From Raja brachyura (lineage: Eukaryota): a stretch of 64,000 nucleotides of DNA. Positions 25,178 to 38,496 of this stretch are shown in pieces. Positions within the stretch are counted from its first letter, which is position 1. The number at the start of each line of letters is the position of its first letter. Under the pieces are notes generated by a model that worked only from the letters and a program-made list of their open reading frames with translations, made no database searches and was not told where the DNA came from. A program made the position numbers and the translations under genes. The stretch lies in assembly GCA_963514005.1 (NCBI GenBank), contig OY740782.1, positions 32,364,001 to 32,428,000 on the forward strand. Reading direction: 5' to 3'.

Positions 25178-26127
25178 CTGGACTAAGTTTAACTGGACTA
25201 AGTTGGGTCCTAGCATCACATGGGAGAGCTGGTCCCCCAACGCAATATTCCACCTCTCCACCCATTCCAATATTGGTGGCCAGTGGGGGGGGGCTTTCTG
25301 GAGCGCTAGTATGGATGTTGTGTGCTGAAGGGACTGGTTTCCAGAGGGCTAGTATGGACATTGTGGCCCTAATGAATTCTTGGGCTGGCGGCTCAGTCAC
25401 TCAAGCCTGTTGTGCTGGCAGCTCTCTCACTCACGGCTGGCGGGCTCGCAGTTGACTCATGGCTATTCCTTGAAATTCCATTTCAAGCAGGGTGTAAGGG
25501 CACCAAAATCAAGTGCAGTTTCATACTATTTCAAGCGGGGTGCAAGGCCACCAAAAGACAGCAAGTCGTGACCTCTCCCTCCCCCATCTTGCATGACTGA
25601 GCCACGCGCACACTTCCGGGCAACACAGCTTGTATTAGCACTTTCAAAACCAAAGGCAATACAGCTTGCTTTCGCACTTTCAAAATCGAATGCAACACAG
25701 CTTTAGCACTTTCAAACCAAAACATACTTTTGCATTTTCAAACTACATTTTCAAATCACATTAAGGGCACTGACAGGTCAGTAAAAACACTCACAGTTTA
25801 GTAGACATGTGTTCAGTGTTATTCACAGCTCAGACTGAGAATTGCGACCTCTCGCTCCCCGGTCTTGCAGAGAACTGAGGCACCTCAAAGTGTCCGCGTT
25901 TTATAGTCCCTCCGGAAAAGGTGTGGCCTTCAGGAGAGAGCATCTCAACATTTGTTAAACACTAATAACTCTTATTTTTAATCAATGGGAAAAATCCTCT
26001 TGTTATGCGCAGCGGAGGGGGACTCTGAGTAAGATGGCCAAAAATCACAGCCGTAAGTGGCAGCGATTTTTCTAAAATCAATATACAGAACAGGAAATGG
26101 TCAAGATCACACCTTTAGTAATATAGA
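25178..26127 (-). mobile_element. Non-autonomous Helitron (both ends)
   Basis: Minus strand starts A|TCTATATTACT (26127) and ends cttagtCCAG|T. The 3' motif ctggactaagtt is duplicated (25178, 25193). Contains remnants of the 48-bp unit. Confidence 0.8.
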
Positions 26128-27929
26128 TAATAAGAAAATAGTAGGAGATTGATGTATAATTTGTATCTGCTGTATCTAATGTATGTGTGTTGGCAGAGTT
26201 TATGTGCCTATGTGCCTAAGTGAAATGTCCTCCCCGAGCTCTGTCAAGCTCTGTAAGAACTTTTTATGCTTCATCTGTCTCAGAGGATGGAGGCCAAGAC
26301 TCCTTATAGGGTAAACCCACTGTCTCAGGGACCACTCTGATGGAAATGATTGATGTTCCTCACATTTGAAAAAAAGTTTCCCCAGGCAGAAATATTAGTA
26401 GCCAGAAGATACAGTTTTAAGGCGATAGGCAAAAGAGAAAGATACGATGTGATTAAATGTTTTTAGAACATAGAAAATTGTTGTAATCACTGTTCAGAAG
26501 GGATGATGGAAACAGAATTCACAGTAACAGTCAAAGGAATATTTGGAAAATAGTTGGAGGAAAATATTACATGATGGTGTTGGTTGGGTCATGTCAGAAA
26601 CATGGATAAATGTGACTCATCAAATGACTTTTCCAAAGACCAAAAACTTGATGGTCCATATCGTTGCTCTATTGTTCATTAATCTTACCGGTTTTCCTAA
26701 ATAATAATAATAACAGCACATTCGTTTATTGGTTATGGAATTCTTTAGTTACTGAATTCCTGAAGTTACGATAAACTGCTGCATATTATTTTCATATTCT
26801 TCTATTAAGTAACATTAAACTACAAGGTATTACGTGTAACTGACAACCCATGAGAACAACAAAAATTCCAGTTCCCCAGAATAAAGTGATCAGCTCATTC
26901 AAAGTAAGGAATCCATTGGTTTAAATGTTTCCTTGCATCCTGTGGGCATTTTCCTGCAACTATGAGAATAAAAACCTCACATGTATTTCCTTTATCTGGG
27001 CAGTAAATTCATGGCAACATCTGTAAATGTGATTACCTCACAATTCCATTTTCCAGCTTGAATATGTGTACAAGCCTGGAAATTTGTGCAGTGAGCAAAA
27101 ATATGAATTGATACCATGGGAAATGTGAAGAATGTTTTATCTATAATTAGAGAAGGTTAATGTCACCAAACCTATCCTGTAATTTTTAACTTTGTGCAGA
27201 TCTTCTATGTATTGTATAAATCAACATTTACGTGGACTTGATTAGTATTCTATGCATATGTGACCTTACATTAAATATCTTGTGTGGCATCAAATACATT
27301 GAAGTGCATTTTAGCATGTGATTGTCTTTTGAAATTTGATATTGCTTCTGATTAGCCGTTTCACTTCTGCTCAACAATGGGAATATTATGTAGCTATAAA
27401 ATCAGATTATTGAAAGCATCTTAGCGATATTGTTAAATCAACTCTAGGTTTAATAAACTTAGTTAAATTGAATTTGGTGGTACACTGTAGCTTAATGGCT
27501 GCAACGTGGAAGAATATTTTAGGTTAAGATGTTTGAGAAGCTAATAGACATAATTGCTGACAGCACAGGATGTCTGAATTGAACTAAATTCATTCAACCA
27601 GGAAATGCATGTGGTTAAGTAGGTTCCTGCCTGAAGTATGGTTAACTTTTGGTTTCCCTCCCGGCCTCCGGAATCCTGCCAATATTGATATTTTCAAAGT
27701 GCGAAGAACACAAATCTGCAGCAGGAAATTAGATCTTGAATTAGTGAGATTATGAATGTTGAACATCCTATAATTAAAATGGGAAACTATAATTATAATT
27801 GTAGTTATAATTATAACCTTTAATAGGAAAGTTAGATTCATACAACATGAAACTGATTTAAAGTTAGTTTCATAAAAAGTTTTCATTTTCTTTTATCTGG
27901 ACCTTGTTGGCACGACCAGTATTACTAGC

Positions 27930-28090
27930 TATCATGCATTGCCCTTGGGGACGGAGGTGGGAAGCTGCCTTGAGCTATTGCAGTGCTTCTGGTGAAGGTA
28001 GTCTCACAAAGGTGCTGGGCAGGACATTCTAGGACTTTGTTCGTGCAATGATGAGGGAACAGCAATGTGTTTCCAAGTAGCATGGCCACA
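27930..28090 (-). mobile_element. Ancient LINE 3' remnant
   Basis: Resembles, from recall only, a widespread chondrichthyan repeat (gcccttg..gctgcc..gcag..ggtgaaggta..ccaagt). Confidence 0.4.
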
Positions 28091-28542
28091 ATAGATGGTG
28101 TTGATAGTGCCAATACTGTCCTTCTTGATTGTGCCAATACTGTCAATATAAGGAATTTTAACATTGAGACGTGATCGGGAAACAACAGAAATACATTTTT
28201 TCTTAGAATATTGGATATAGCCAATATGTAAACTCACCCTGTAACATGTGTTAGCAAAGATAAGTTCTCTTTTTTTTTGATTGGCACTGAAAAAGAATAT
28301 AATTTAAGAACATTGCATGACCTTTTAAACGACTGAAATGTCTTGAAGGAAAGACGTGTCAGGAGGGTCTTAAGTCTTTTAGTTTCTGTTTCAAACTTGT
28401 CAGGTCACATGTGGCCCTACTCCAACCCCACATTGAAAGTTTAGACATCCCCCTGTCATGAACCAACGCTGTGCCTTGAACCTCTGGAACACAGAACAGC
28501 ACGGAATGTACACACAAAATGCTGGAGTAACTCAACGGGAAG

Positions 28543-28859
28543 CATAGAAACATAGAAAATAGATGCAGGAGTAGGTCATTTGGCTCTTCGAGCCTGCACT
28601 GCCATTCAATATGATCATGGCTGATCATCCAACTCAGTATCTTGTACCTGCCTTCTCTCCATACCCCCTGATCCCTTTAGCCACAAGGGCCACATCTAAC
28701 TCCCTCTTAAATATAGCCAATGAACTGGCCTCAACTACCTTCTGTGGCAGATAATTCCAGAGACTCACCACTCTGTGTGAAAAATATTTTCCTCATCTCG
28801 GTCCTAAAGGAATTCCCCATTATCCTTAGACTGTGACCCCTTGTTCTGGACTTCCCCAA
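28543..28859 (-). mobile_element. Young CR1 3' fragment inserted in a Penelope-derived repeat (about 28505-28960)
   Basis: Tail catagaaacatagaaaatag. Flanks aaaatgctggagtaactca and ggcagcatttctgg..ctgaagaagggtctcg. Confidence 0.85.
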
Positions 28860-28959
28860 AGAAAGGCAGCATTTCTGGAAAGATGGAATGGGTGATGTTT
28901 CTGAAGAAGGGTCTCGAACCAAAATCGGTATAAACCAGCATCTGCAGTTCCTTCCTATA

Positions 28960-29915
28960 CATAGAACAGTACAGCATAGGGACAGGTCCTTTAGCACCCA
29001 ATGTCTGTGCTGAACATGATACCAAGCTGAAGTGATCTCCTCTGCCAGGACAAGATCCATATCTATGTACCTCTTAAATGCCACTATCTTATCTTATTCC
29101 AGCACTTTTGATAGTGCATCCCAGGCACTCTGTGTTTAAAAAAAAAACACTTGCCATGCATATCTCCTTTCAACTTTCCCCCTCTGACCTTCATTCTATG
29201 CCCTTTAGTCTTTGACATTTCCATTCATGATGGGTAGGGGGAGGGGAAAGCTTATGACTATCTACTCTCCCCAACCTCTAACACTGCAGAGAAAACAAAC
29301 CAAATTCACCAATACCTTCTAATCCAGACAGCATCCTGGTAACCTCTTCTCCATTTTCTCCAAAGCTTCCATATGTTTCCTGTAAATTGGGAACAAGAAC
29401 CGACACTCAATTTTCCAAATGCGGCCTAATCAAAGTTTTAAAAGGCTGCAACATGACTTCCTGCAACATGACTTCACTCGATGTGCTGATCGATGAAAAC
29501 CAGCATACCATACACCTTTTTACCACTCTATCTACTTGTGTTACCACTTTCAGGGAGCTATGGACTTGAACCCCAAGATCCCTCTGCCCATCAATGCTCT
29601 TAAGGGGCTTGCCATTAACTATATACTTTCCCCTTGCACTTGATCTCCCAACATGCCACACCTCACATTTGTTAACATTAAACCTCATCAGCCATATCTT
29701 CGCAAATATCTGTGACTGATTTTGTTTCCTGCTGTATCCTTTGACGGTCTTCCTCACTGTCTGCAACTCCATCATTTTGGGTATTATCAGCCAACTTACT
29801 AACCAACCTATGTACATTTATATACAAGGTGCATATCCCTCCAGACCTTTCCTTACCATGCACCTATCCAAATATCATTATAATTGTACTCGCCTCTACC
29901 ACCTCCTCTGACAGC
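28960..29915 (-). mobile_element. Old CR1-like LINE remnant
   Basis: SKLADNT; WLMRFNVNKCEV.H.GR; QRDLGVQVHSSLKV; LIRPHLE. Confidence 0.8.
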
Positions 29916-29919
29916 TCTG

Positions 29920-30185
29920 GGAAATCTGCTGCATCCAGTGCTCCCAGCATGGCCTTCTGTGTGTTGGTGAGACCAAGTGTAGAGTCGGCGACAGCTTTGC
30001 TCGGTCTCGAACACTTGCACTCGGTCCACCAAATCCTACTAGATCTCCCAGTTGTGAACTACTTTAATTCCTCTTCCCATTCCCATATTGATCTTTCTGT
30101 CCTGGGCCTCCTCCATTGCCAGAGTGAGGCCACAGAAAATTGGATCAAAAGTACTTTGTTTTTCGCTTGGATAGCTTACAGTATT
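29920..30185 (+). mobile_element. Penelope-like element GIY-YIG endonuclease remnant
   Basis: Across frames: CIQCSQHGLLCVGETK..EHLHSV..DLPVVNYFNSSSHSHIDLSVLGLLHCQSEA. Confidence 0.75.
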
Positions 30186-30279
30186 TAACCAAATACAGGC
30201 ACATGGGACTAGCTCAGGTGGGCACCTTGATTGGCATCATTGAGTTGGGCTGAAAGGCCTGTTTCCATGTTCCCAATGA

Positions 30280-30592
30280 TAGTTTAGTTTAGAGATACAG
30301 CATGGAAACAGGCCAGTCGCCCCACCGAGTCCGCACCGACAGCAATCCCTGCACATTAACACAAGCCTACATGCACTAGGGACAAATTACACTTACACCT
30401 TGTATGCAAACCCAAGTCAATTAACCTGTACGTCTTTGGAATGTGGGAGGAAACCGAAGATCTTGGAGAAAACCCATGCGGTCACGGGGAGAACGTACAA
30501 ACTCCGTACAGACAGCACCCGTAGTTGGGATCGAACCCGGGACTCCTATGCAGTAAAGCAGCAACCCTACCGCTGCGCCACCGTGCTGCCAA
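30280..30592 (-). mobile_element. HE1-like V-SINE (complete)
   Basis: Head (reverse complement) ggcagcacggtggcgcagcggtagg with B box gggttcgatccc; tail gtttagtttagagatacagc. Confidence 0.9.
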
Positions 30593-31467
30593 ATGATTTT
30601 ATCTATGAATGCTCACTTAGATCTTTATTGCTTATATTTTCAATACATTTTATTAAATGTTTTTTTCTTGGATACTATGAAGAGAACTTGCTAATGAGAG
30701 TGAAGGCCTAAAGCAGCTTGTTGTTCTGTTTTTGAAGAATTAATCTCAAATGTCTAGTCCCTGGATTGAGGACACCTTTTACATGTAATTTTCAAAAAAC
30801 AGTTCAGCCTAAGTAATACAGCTGCATTTTGCTGCAAAGCTGCTGCTAAGATGCATTTTGATGTGGATTCTCTTAAAACAATTCTGCTGCAAATAAATAA
30901 ATTGTTGGAACTTATTGGAAATAAACTTGTTGGAAACTCCAACCTGGGTTTGGAGTACTGTACTGGTTTAGCACCTTTAAGGTAACGTTATGAATAATTT
31001 ATAGTTTATAACATTATCATGAAGAAGGTATGTTATTGAAAATTGCTGTGAGAAGTTTGGGATGAGATCCGGAATGTAAATTGGTTTTATAGAGTGAAAC
31101 ATTTTATTTTATCGCTATTTCAATTAAATATTATTGCATTGTCAGGGAATTAAGTTCAGAAATGATCCTCTGAGGACTAGTAAGGTACCCGTATTTTTAT
31201 TGGAAAAAAACATTTCTAATCTGCCTTCCACAGATTGTTGGAAATAATAAGGGACACTCTCATGCATAATTGATATAATTTGCTCATTCTCACAAGTTTT
31301 GAGTGATCTATTGAAACAACAATAATCACCCTGAGGAAAGCAGTTGTATTTTACTCAGGAAACAGATTAAGATCACCTCCATTGGAAGTTTGACTTTATC
31401 ACAATTTGGATCCTTCTGTTCATTAAGTCACAATACATTAGTGAGAGCTCCACACATTTTACTGTAA

Positions 31468-32166
31468 TGGGCCTGTCCAACTTAGGCGACTGCAGGAGAC
31501 TCTGCGGTCACCACATGTTCGCGGGTGGTTGCTGGGTAGTTGCCTTCATGGCCATGAGGAGAACTAGTCGTGGCCTCATTATGGTCTCTGCGAATTTTTC
31601 AACATGAAGCCGCCATTGAGAGTAGCAAGAATTCTCGTGCCGTAGGTCCTAGTGGATTGCCAGGAGTTTGAAGGTTCTCGTAGGTTGTAGCCGGTGCTGA
31701 CCGGTGAATTTCATTGGCTCATTGGGGAAAAAAAAACCCATAAGCAGTGGTTTTCAGAACCAAGGATAACCGACTGGTAATGTTAAATGTCCGCCGAGCT
31801 TCACAGCCGTGTATCTCTGGCTTCTTAAAAGTTGTCTCCACTCCTTCTCCCTCCTTCTTCTCCCTCCTTCTTCCCCCTCTCCCCCCCTCTTTTAAAGGAC
31901 TTACCGAACATTAGCCATCTTAATTACAACGCCAACCCTGTTCATCACGGTGTGCGTCTGTATCACCTTGGCTTTGCAGCATGTGAATTTCACTCAGACA
32001 GCGCTCCCCCCTTTTACCCTGTGCTCCGCCTGCACAACGGGCTGGTGAGGAAGCTGTGTGTGTGTGTGTGTTCCACTCTGAGAGTCGCTGTTCCAGTTGC
32101 CGTTTTTTAGGCGACTACCAGTAATTTCGCAGTCGCCTGAAAAATCGCTTAAGTGGGACAGGCCCA
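31468..32166. mobile_element. PIF/Harbinger-like MITE (699 bp)
   Basis: TIRs tgggcctgtccaacttaggcga / tcgcttaagtgggacaggccca; TAA TSD at 31465-67 and 32167-69. Confidence 0.88.
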
Positions 32167-33481
32167 TAACTTTTAGTTTGCCGAAAATTCTTAATTCATT
32201 ACAGTTCTTCATACAGAAGAATGCTTTTACTTACTTTGAAACGGCATCAATGCAATTATGGAGAGATATTGACATCTATGTGAATGAACAATACAGCGTT
32301 CCTCATTTAAATCATCTTCATCAGCTCAAAACAAAAGCATGCTTTAGAGTGGTACTTGTGATTCAGTGGCCATTGATTTGATTGTGAAATATGGTGTAAA
32401 TGCAAATTACTACCATTTTGAGCATCAAATTATTTTCAGTAAGTGGCCATTGTTAGAAAGGCCTATTCCTTTCTTTCTATTTCCCCATTACGGGGGGGGG
32501 GGGGGGGGGGGGGGGTTGAGAATGTGGGTTGATGTTGAGACCAAGTTGCATTTAGCACAATATAAATGCCGTTGCTTTCTGTTCTAAAGGAAAAACCATA
32601 AACCAGTTGGGTGTAGAAAAATAATTTAAGTGCTATGCTTATTTTGTAACTAATACTAGTGTCCTTTCAAGGTTTCATCCTTCAGCTGCATTTAGGAAAA
32701 AAGTATCAGTGAATTTAAAATAGCATTTTGCCAGATCTCTACATGACCAGTCCAATAACCTAACCATTACACAGTTTGACAGTTATACATGATATTTCCG
32801 ATAGTGCTGGATTAATCTTGTCGTACTGTTGTGTCAAAGAAGGCGAAAGGCAAAGAACCGACTAACGACTGTAGTGTAGAAAGTATTCCATTCTCCAACA
32901 GCTGTCAGTTTTTGAAATGTTAAATTAGATCGCTGACAGCAATAGTCAATTTGGAAAGAAAAGACAGCCTTGCAGAGGCCACTGAAAGACGAACAGTCAA
33001 TTTAATCCCATAAATTATTCGTACGTTCTTGAAATTGGTGAGAGGTTTGGGTCAGATTCTGCAATAGAACTTTCCCCTCATAAGCATATCTCTAAATGCA
33101 GACATCCTAGACAGCTTTGACTACTACGTTAAAAAGGAGTTTGACAGCTTTGGGAAGTAGCAAAAATTTGCATGCAGTCAATTTTGCTTTTATTATTCTT
33201 AAATAGTTCCTCTTGGAATCGTAGAATGATTACAGACTAGAAGCAAACCATTCAGCCTATGTTAAGTTCATACCACCTACATAGAAGAATAATCCAGCCA
33301 GAATTTCTCCCCATAAATGTGCACTTGTTTCCCTTTGAGGTTCTTGGCCATCTCTAATTTGAATGCCACAATTGACTCTCCCACTGTCACAGTCCATGGC
33401 AGTGCACCTTTGACTCCTTAACTGCTCTTTAGTTTAGAAGGATGAGGAGGAACCTCTTTGAAACTTACAGAATAGTGAAGT

Positions 33482-33640
33482 TAGATACAAAATGCTGGAG
33501 TAACTCAGCGGGACAAGCAGCATTTCTGGATAGAAGTAAAGTGTGATGTTTTGAGTCTCGACCGGAAACATCACCCATTTCTTCTATCCAGCGATGCTAC
33601 CTGTCCCACTGAGTTACTCCATGATTTTGTGCCTATCTGT
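33482..33640. mobile_element. Penelope-derived foldback repeat (internally deleted)
   Basis: Inverted arms caaaatgctggagtaactcagcgggaca / tgtcccactgagttactccatgattttg. Confidence 0.75.
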
Positions 33641-34434
33641 TCTAAAGAGAACAGCCAGCTTCTTCCGTCTATTCACATAACTGAAATTTATCATCTCTGG
33701 AATCAATTTAGTTGCTCTTCAGTAACTTCCAAAATCTTTCCGAAGGTTTGCTGCTGAGAAAATATGATAAATATACCCCCCTGCGATTCAAAATTTCCTG
33801 TAGTTAATAAGGTAATCCTGTTTTTTCTTGGTTTTATTTGTCGTTAAATGAATAGTATTTCATAAGCTCCATTAAACATATAAATGAGAATAATAAAAAT
33901 AAAAATATATTCTTTAAGGGCATAAATTCCCTTTCCTTGCATCTGTTTTCCTGGACTTTAATTGATAAAACATCTTCCTGCGTCAGCTATTTTAAGTTGT
34001 TGCGATTGAGGTTATTGAAAACATTCAAAATAACTCAATTTCCATATATTTGGTCTAGTTTGTATCATTGGTACATTACATATTTCTTGTATGTTTTGAC
34101 TTTGCCTTGCAAAATTCCCTTCTCTTGTGTTTTTATCGAACTATAGAAAAACATATTATCAACAGAACAAAAGTAGTGAAAGAAAATATTTTTTTGTGTA
34201 GAAGCGGCTATCAGATATTATTGTTTCTTTCTTAGAAAAAAATATTTTATGACGTTTTTGGGATGATTAGCCTGTGCTATGAGGTTGGTAACAATTGTGG
34301 TACATTTGTTCAGCTACATTGCTGAGACCTTGAGCATTGCTCAGTCTACCAACTCCAAGCAGATACCTCTCCTGACCAGCTCTTTACTGATCTCACCACT
34401 GCAGCTGTTCTCTTCAGTCATTGCCTATACGCAG

Positions 34435-36688
34435 GAATATGATAAGTTTTAATCTGCAATTTGAGAAGGAGAAGGTTAAATCGGAAGTATCAGTGTTACA
34501 GTTAAACAAAGGGGACAATGAAGGCATGAGAGAGGAGCTGGCTAAGGTTGACTGGAAAAGGATCCTAGCAGGAATGATGGTGGAACAGCAATGGCAGGGA
34601 TTTCTGGGCATAATCCAGAAGATGCAGGATCATTTCATTTTAACGAGGAAGAAAGATTCTAATGAGAGAAAGAGGCAAGCGTGGCTGACAAGGGAAGTTA
34701 GGGACGGAATAAAACTAAAAGAAAAGGATTCTAATATAGCAAAGAGCAGCAGGAAGCCAGAGGATTGGGAAACATTCAAAAGACAACAGATGGTAACAAA
34801 AAGGGCAATACGGGGTGAAAAGATGAAGTATGAGGGTAAGCTGGCTAAGAGTATAAAGAAGGATAGTAAAAGCTTCTTTAGGTATGTTAAGCGAAAAAGA
34901 TTAGTAAAGACAAATGTGGGTCCCTTGAAGGCAGAAACAGGTGAAATTATTGGGGAACAAGGAAATGACAGAAGAGTTGAACAGGTATTTTGGTTCTGTC
35001 TGAAGAGTAACTACTGAAGATACAAACAATCTCACAGATGTAATAGATGACAGAGGATCTAGGGAGACAGAGGAACAGAAATAAATTTGCATTAGGCGAG
35101 AAATAGTATTGGGTAGACTGATGGGACTGAAGGCCCCAGGACCTGATGGTCTGCATCCTAGAATACTCAAGGAGGTGGCTCTAGAAATTGTCGATGCATT
35201 GGTGATAATTTTCCAATGTTTTATAGATTCAGGATCAGTTCCTGTGGATTGGAGAGAAGCTAATGTTATCCCACTTTTCAAGAAAGGAGCGAGAGAGAAA
35301 ACGGGGAACTATAGACCAGTCAGCCTGACATCGGTGGTGGGGATGATGCTGGAGTCAATTATTAAAGAAGTAATAACGGCACAGCTGGATAGCTGTAAAA
35401 GGATTGGTCCAAGTCAGCATGGATTTATGGAGGGGAAATCCTGCTTGACTAATCTTCTGGATTTTTTTGAGGTTGTGACAAGTAAAATGGATGGAAAGCC
35501 AGTGGATGTAGTGTATCTGGACTTTCAGAAAGCCTTTGATAAGGTCCCACACAGGAGGGTAGTGGACAAAATTAGAGCACATGGTATTGGGGATAGGGTA
35601 TTGACATGGATAGAGAATTGGTTTGCAGACGGGAAACATAGAGTAGGAATAAACGGGTTCCTGTCAGAATGGCAGGCAGTGGCGATTGAAGTGCCACAAA
35701 GCTCAGTGCAGGCGCTGCAACTATTTCCAATATATATAAATGATTTAAATGATGTAATTAAAAGTAACACTAGCAAATTTGTAGATGGCACGAAGTTGGG
35801 TGGCAGTGTGAACCTCGAAGAGGATGCTAGGAGGTTGCAGGGTGACTTGAACATGTTGAGTGAGTGGGCAGATGCATGGCAAATGCAGTGTAATGTAGAT
35901 AAATGTGGTTATCCACTTTGATGGCAAGAACAAGGAGGCAGATTATTATCTCAATGGTGTCAGATTATGAAAAAGGGAAGTGCAATGAGACCTGGGTGTA
36001 CACCAGTCACTGAAAGTAAACGTGCAGGTACAGCAGGCAGTGAAGAAAGCTAATGACATGTTGGCCTTTACAATGAGAGGATTTGAGAATGCTAATTGCA
36101 GTTGTACAGGGCCCTGGTGAGACCACATCTGTGGTAGTGTGTGCAGTTTTGGTCTCCTAATTTGAGGAAAGACATCCTTGCAATTGAGGCAATGCAGCAT
36201 AGGTTCACGAGATGAATCCCCGAGATGGCGGGACTGTCATATGAGGAAAGATTTGAAAGACTGGGCTTGTATTCACTGGAATTTAGGATGAGAGTGGATC
36301 TTATAGAAACATATAAAATTATAAAAGGACTGGACAAGCTATATGCAGGAAAAAAAATTCCCAATGTTGGGGGAGTCCAGAACCAGGGGCCACAGTCTAA
36401 GAATAAAGGGGAGGCCATTTAAAACAGAGATGAGAAAAAAAAAATTCACCCAGAGAGTAGTGAATTTGTGGAATTCTTTGCCACTGAAGGCAGTGGAGAC
36501 CAATTCACTGTATGAATTTAAAAGAGAGTTCGATAGAGCTCCAGCGGCTAGCGGAATCGAGGAATATGGGGAGAAGGCAGGCACGGATTACTGATTGTGG
36601 ATGTTCAGCCATTATCACAATGAATGACAGGGATGGCTTAAAGGGCAAAATGGCCTCCTCCTGCACCTAGTTTCTATGTTTCTATGTT
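34435..36688 (+). mobile_element. CR1 LINE, about 2.25 kb 3' portion
   Basis: ORFs 34421..35017 and 35109..35921 (YRPVSLTS, QHGF, YLDFQKAFDKVPH); tail tttctatgtttctatg. Confidence 0.94.
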
Positions 36689-37178
36689 AAGAAGGGGCAC
36701 AGCCAGGTGATCTGATTTCCCAAAAACAGCCAGTTTCTTCAAGATATTCTACTGTTAATTTCATCGAATTCTGAGGTATTTCTTATAACCAAATACATTA
36801 AAATACTGGTTTAGTTCTTGACTAGCATAATCTTCAGTATATTATTTATTTTTGTTCCTTTCCATTCTATTTTGTTGCATAGTTTTCATAATTGAGCACT
36901 ATTCAAGAATTTTATTGCAGGCATGTTGAAATTATAATAGTAAGATTAAACGAGAACTTACCTGTTCGAAGTTTGATCTTTATTTTATGAGGAGTTACGA
37001 TCAGGGATTACGTGAAGAAGCCCCGCCTGGCGCTGGATCGGCATACTTCAAAGAGTCGTATGGAATGAATCTACGACATGAAAAACACAGAACCAATAGC
37101 CGGAGTAAGATAGTAAGGCCCAACATAGACTAGAACTACCAGATGATCATTTATATTATGAGGGTTGGGAGCGGAGGG

Positions 37179-37290
37179 CACGTAATCCCTCATCGTAACT
37201 CCTCATAAAATAAAGATCAAACTTCGAACAGGTAAGTTCTCGTTTAATCTTACTATTTTACTTCGGAGTCACGTGAGTGACTACGTGAAG
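37179..37290 (-). repeat. ICR of DIRS-B
   Basis: Complementary to 36938-37014 (1 mismatch) and to 41793-41827 (exact); junction at 37255/37256. Confidence 0.93.
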
Positions 37291-37544
37291 ATTTTAAAGC
37301 TCTGTGTTTTTCATGTCGTAGATTCATTCCATACGACTCTGTTTAGTCAAAACAGTAGTGAGCAAATGGTATTTTAAGACACTGTTACAATTTATGTAAT
37401 AAGTCCTTTAAAAAAAGAACAAATTTTAAAATAATAACCCCTCTATCGTAGGGGAAAATTACAAAAGAAAAAATGATAAATGATGTCAATGGTAACATAA
37501 ATCGATAATATAAATCGATAATATAAAACAAAGCAAGCATTTAA

Positions 37545-38490
37545 AGAGAACCCAGTACTGCGTGCCCAAATCCTGGCACCGTGACAACAGGTTTATTGTA
37601 GAACTTTGAAACGTTTCTTCTCTACACCACCCTGCGGCCTCTAAAATTTTTGATCGAGTGGTACGTCCTGTACCTTCGCCGCGGACGTAGCTGCCGCCCT
37701 AGTGGAGTGAGATTTAAACACATCAGTGTCTATTCCTGCTAGATCCAAAACCTGTTTTAACCATCTAGAAATGGTTTGAACTGAAATTTTTGTATGTGGT
37801 TTTTTGTGCGTTATCAATAACACTTCCTCAGAACCTCTGAGATTTTTGGTTATCTCAATGTATTGAGTTAAATGCTTACTACACACAATGTTTCATCGAT
37901 AGGATATGCTTTAAACATTACCTTAGCTCCAGTGGTCTGCTTTGTTTGATCAAGTCATAAACATAAAACACAATGTCATCTGCAGTCCCATGCATGCAAT
38001 CCAACTGTAACAATTGCAAAGTTTGTACTCTTTGAGCTGATACCAATGCCATTAACATTACTATGTTCAATGTTAACTTCTGCAAAGACATTAAAGTAAT
38101 TGGAGTCCATTGCTTAAGCAAAGTGAGAACAATGCTAACATCCCAAAATTCTGTATATCTGGCTTGGGAGGATTTTTATTAAAATTCCCTTCATGAATCG
38201 GGATACTAATGGGTGAGACCCAACTGAATCCCGATCAGAAATTTGTCCTAAGTAGGACGACAATGCACTACGAGCACAATTAATGGCACTATAACTCAAA
38301 TGCTCATCAAAATGTAACCCAGCAAGGAACTCCAATACATTTGAAATGTTTGTAGTATGATAAGATATCTTTGACTGTGTACAAAAACTTCACATTTCCT
38401 TATATGTGACATATATTGTTTTTAAGTGCTATTCCTCCAAGCTGCATCTATAACATCCACGGTCCTGTCCGACAGTTCAAACTCTTGCAA
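37545..38490 (-). pseudogene. DIRS-B tyrosine recombinase (frameshifted)
   Basis: LSYSAINCARSALS; MLMALVSAQRVQTL; FKSHSTRAAATSAA. Confidence 0.92.
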
Positions 38491-38496
38491 TGGTCT

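Noticed and set aside
32492-32515. Poly-G run (and C-rich run at about 57190-57230, giving poly-Gly/Pro ORFs)
   Set aside because: Simple low-complexity sequence with no support for coding or function.
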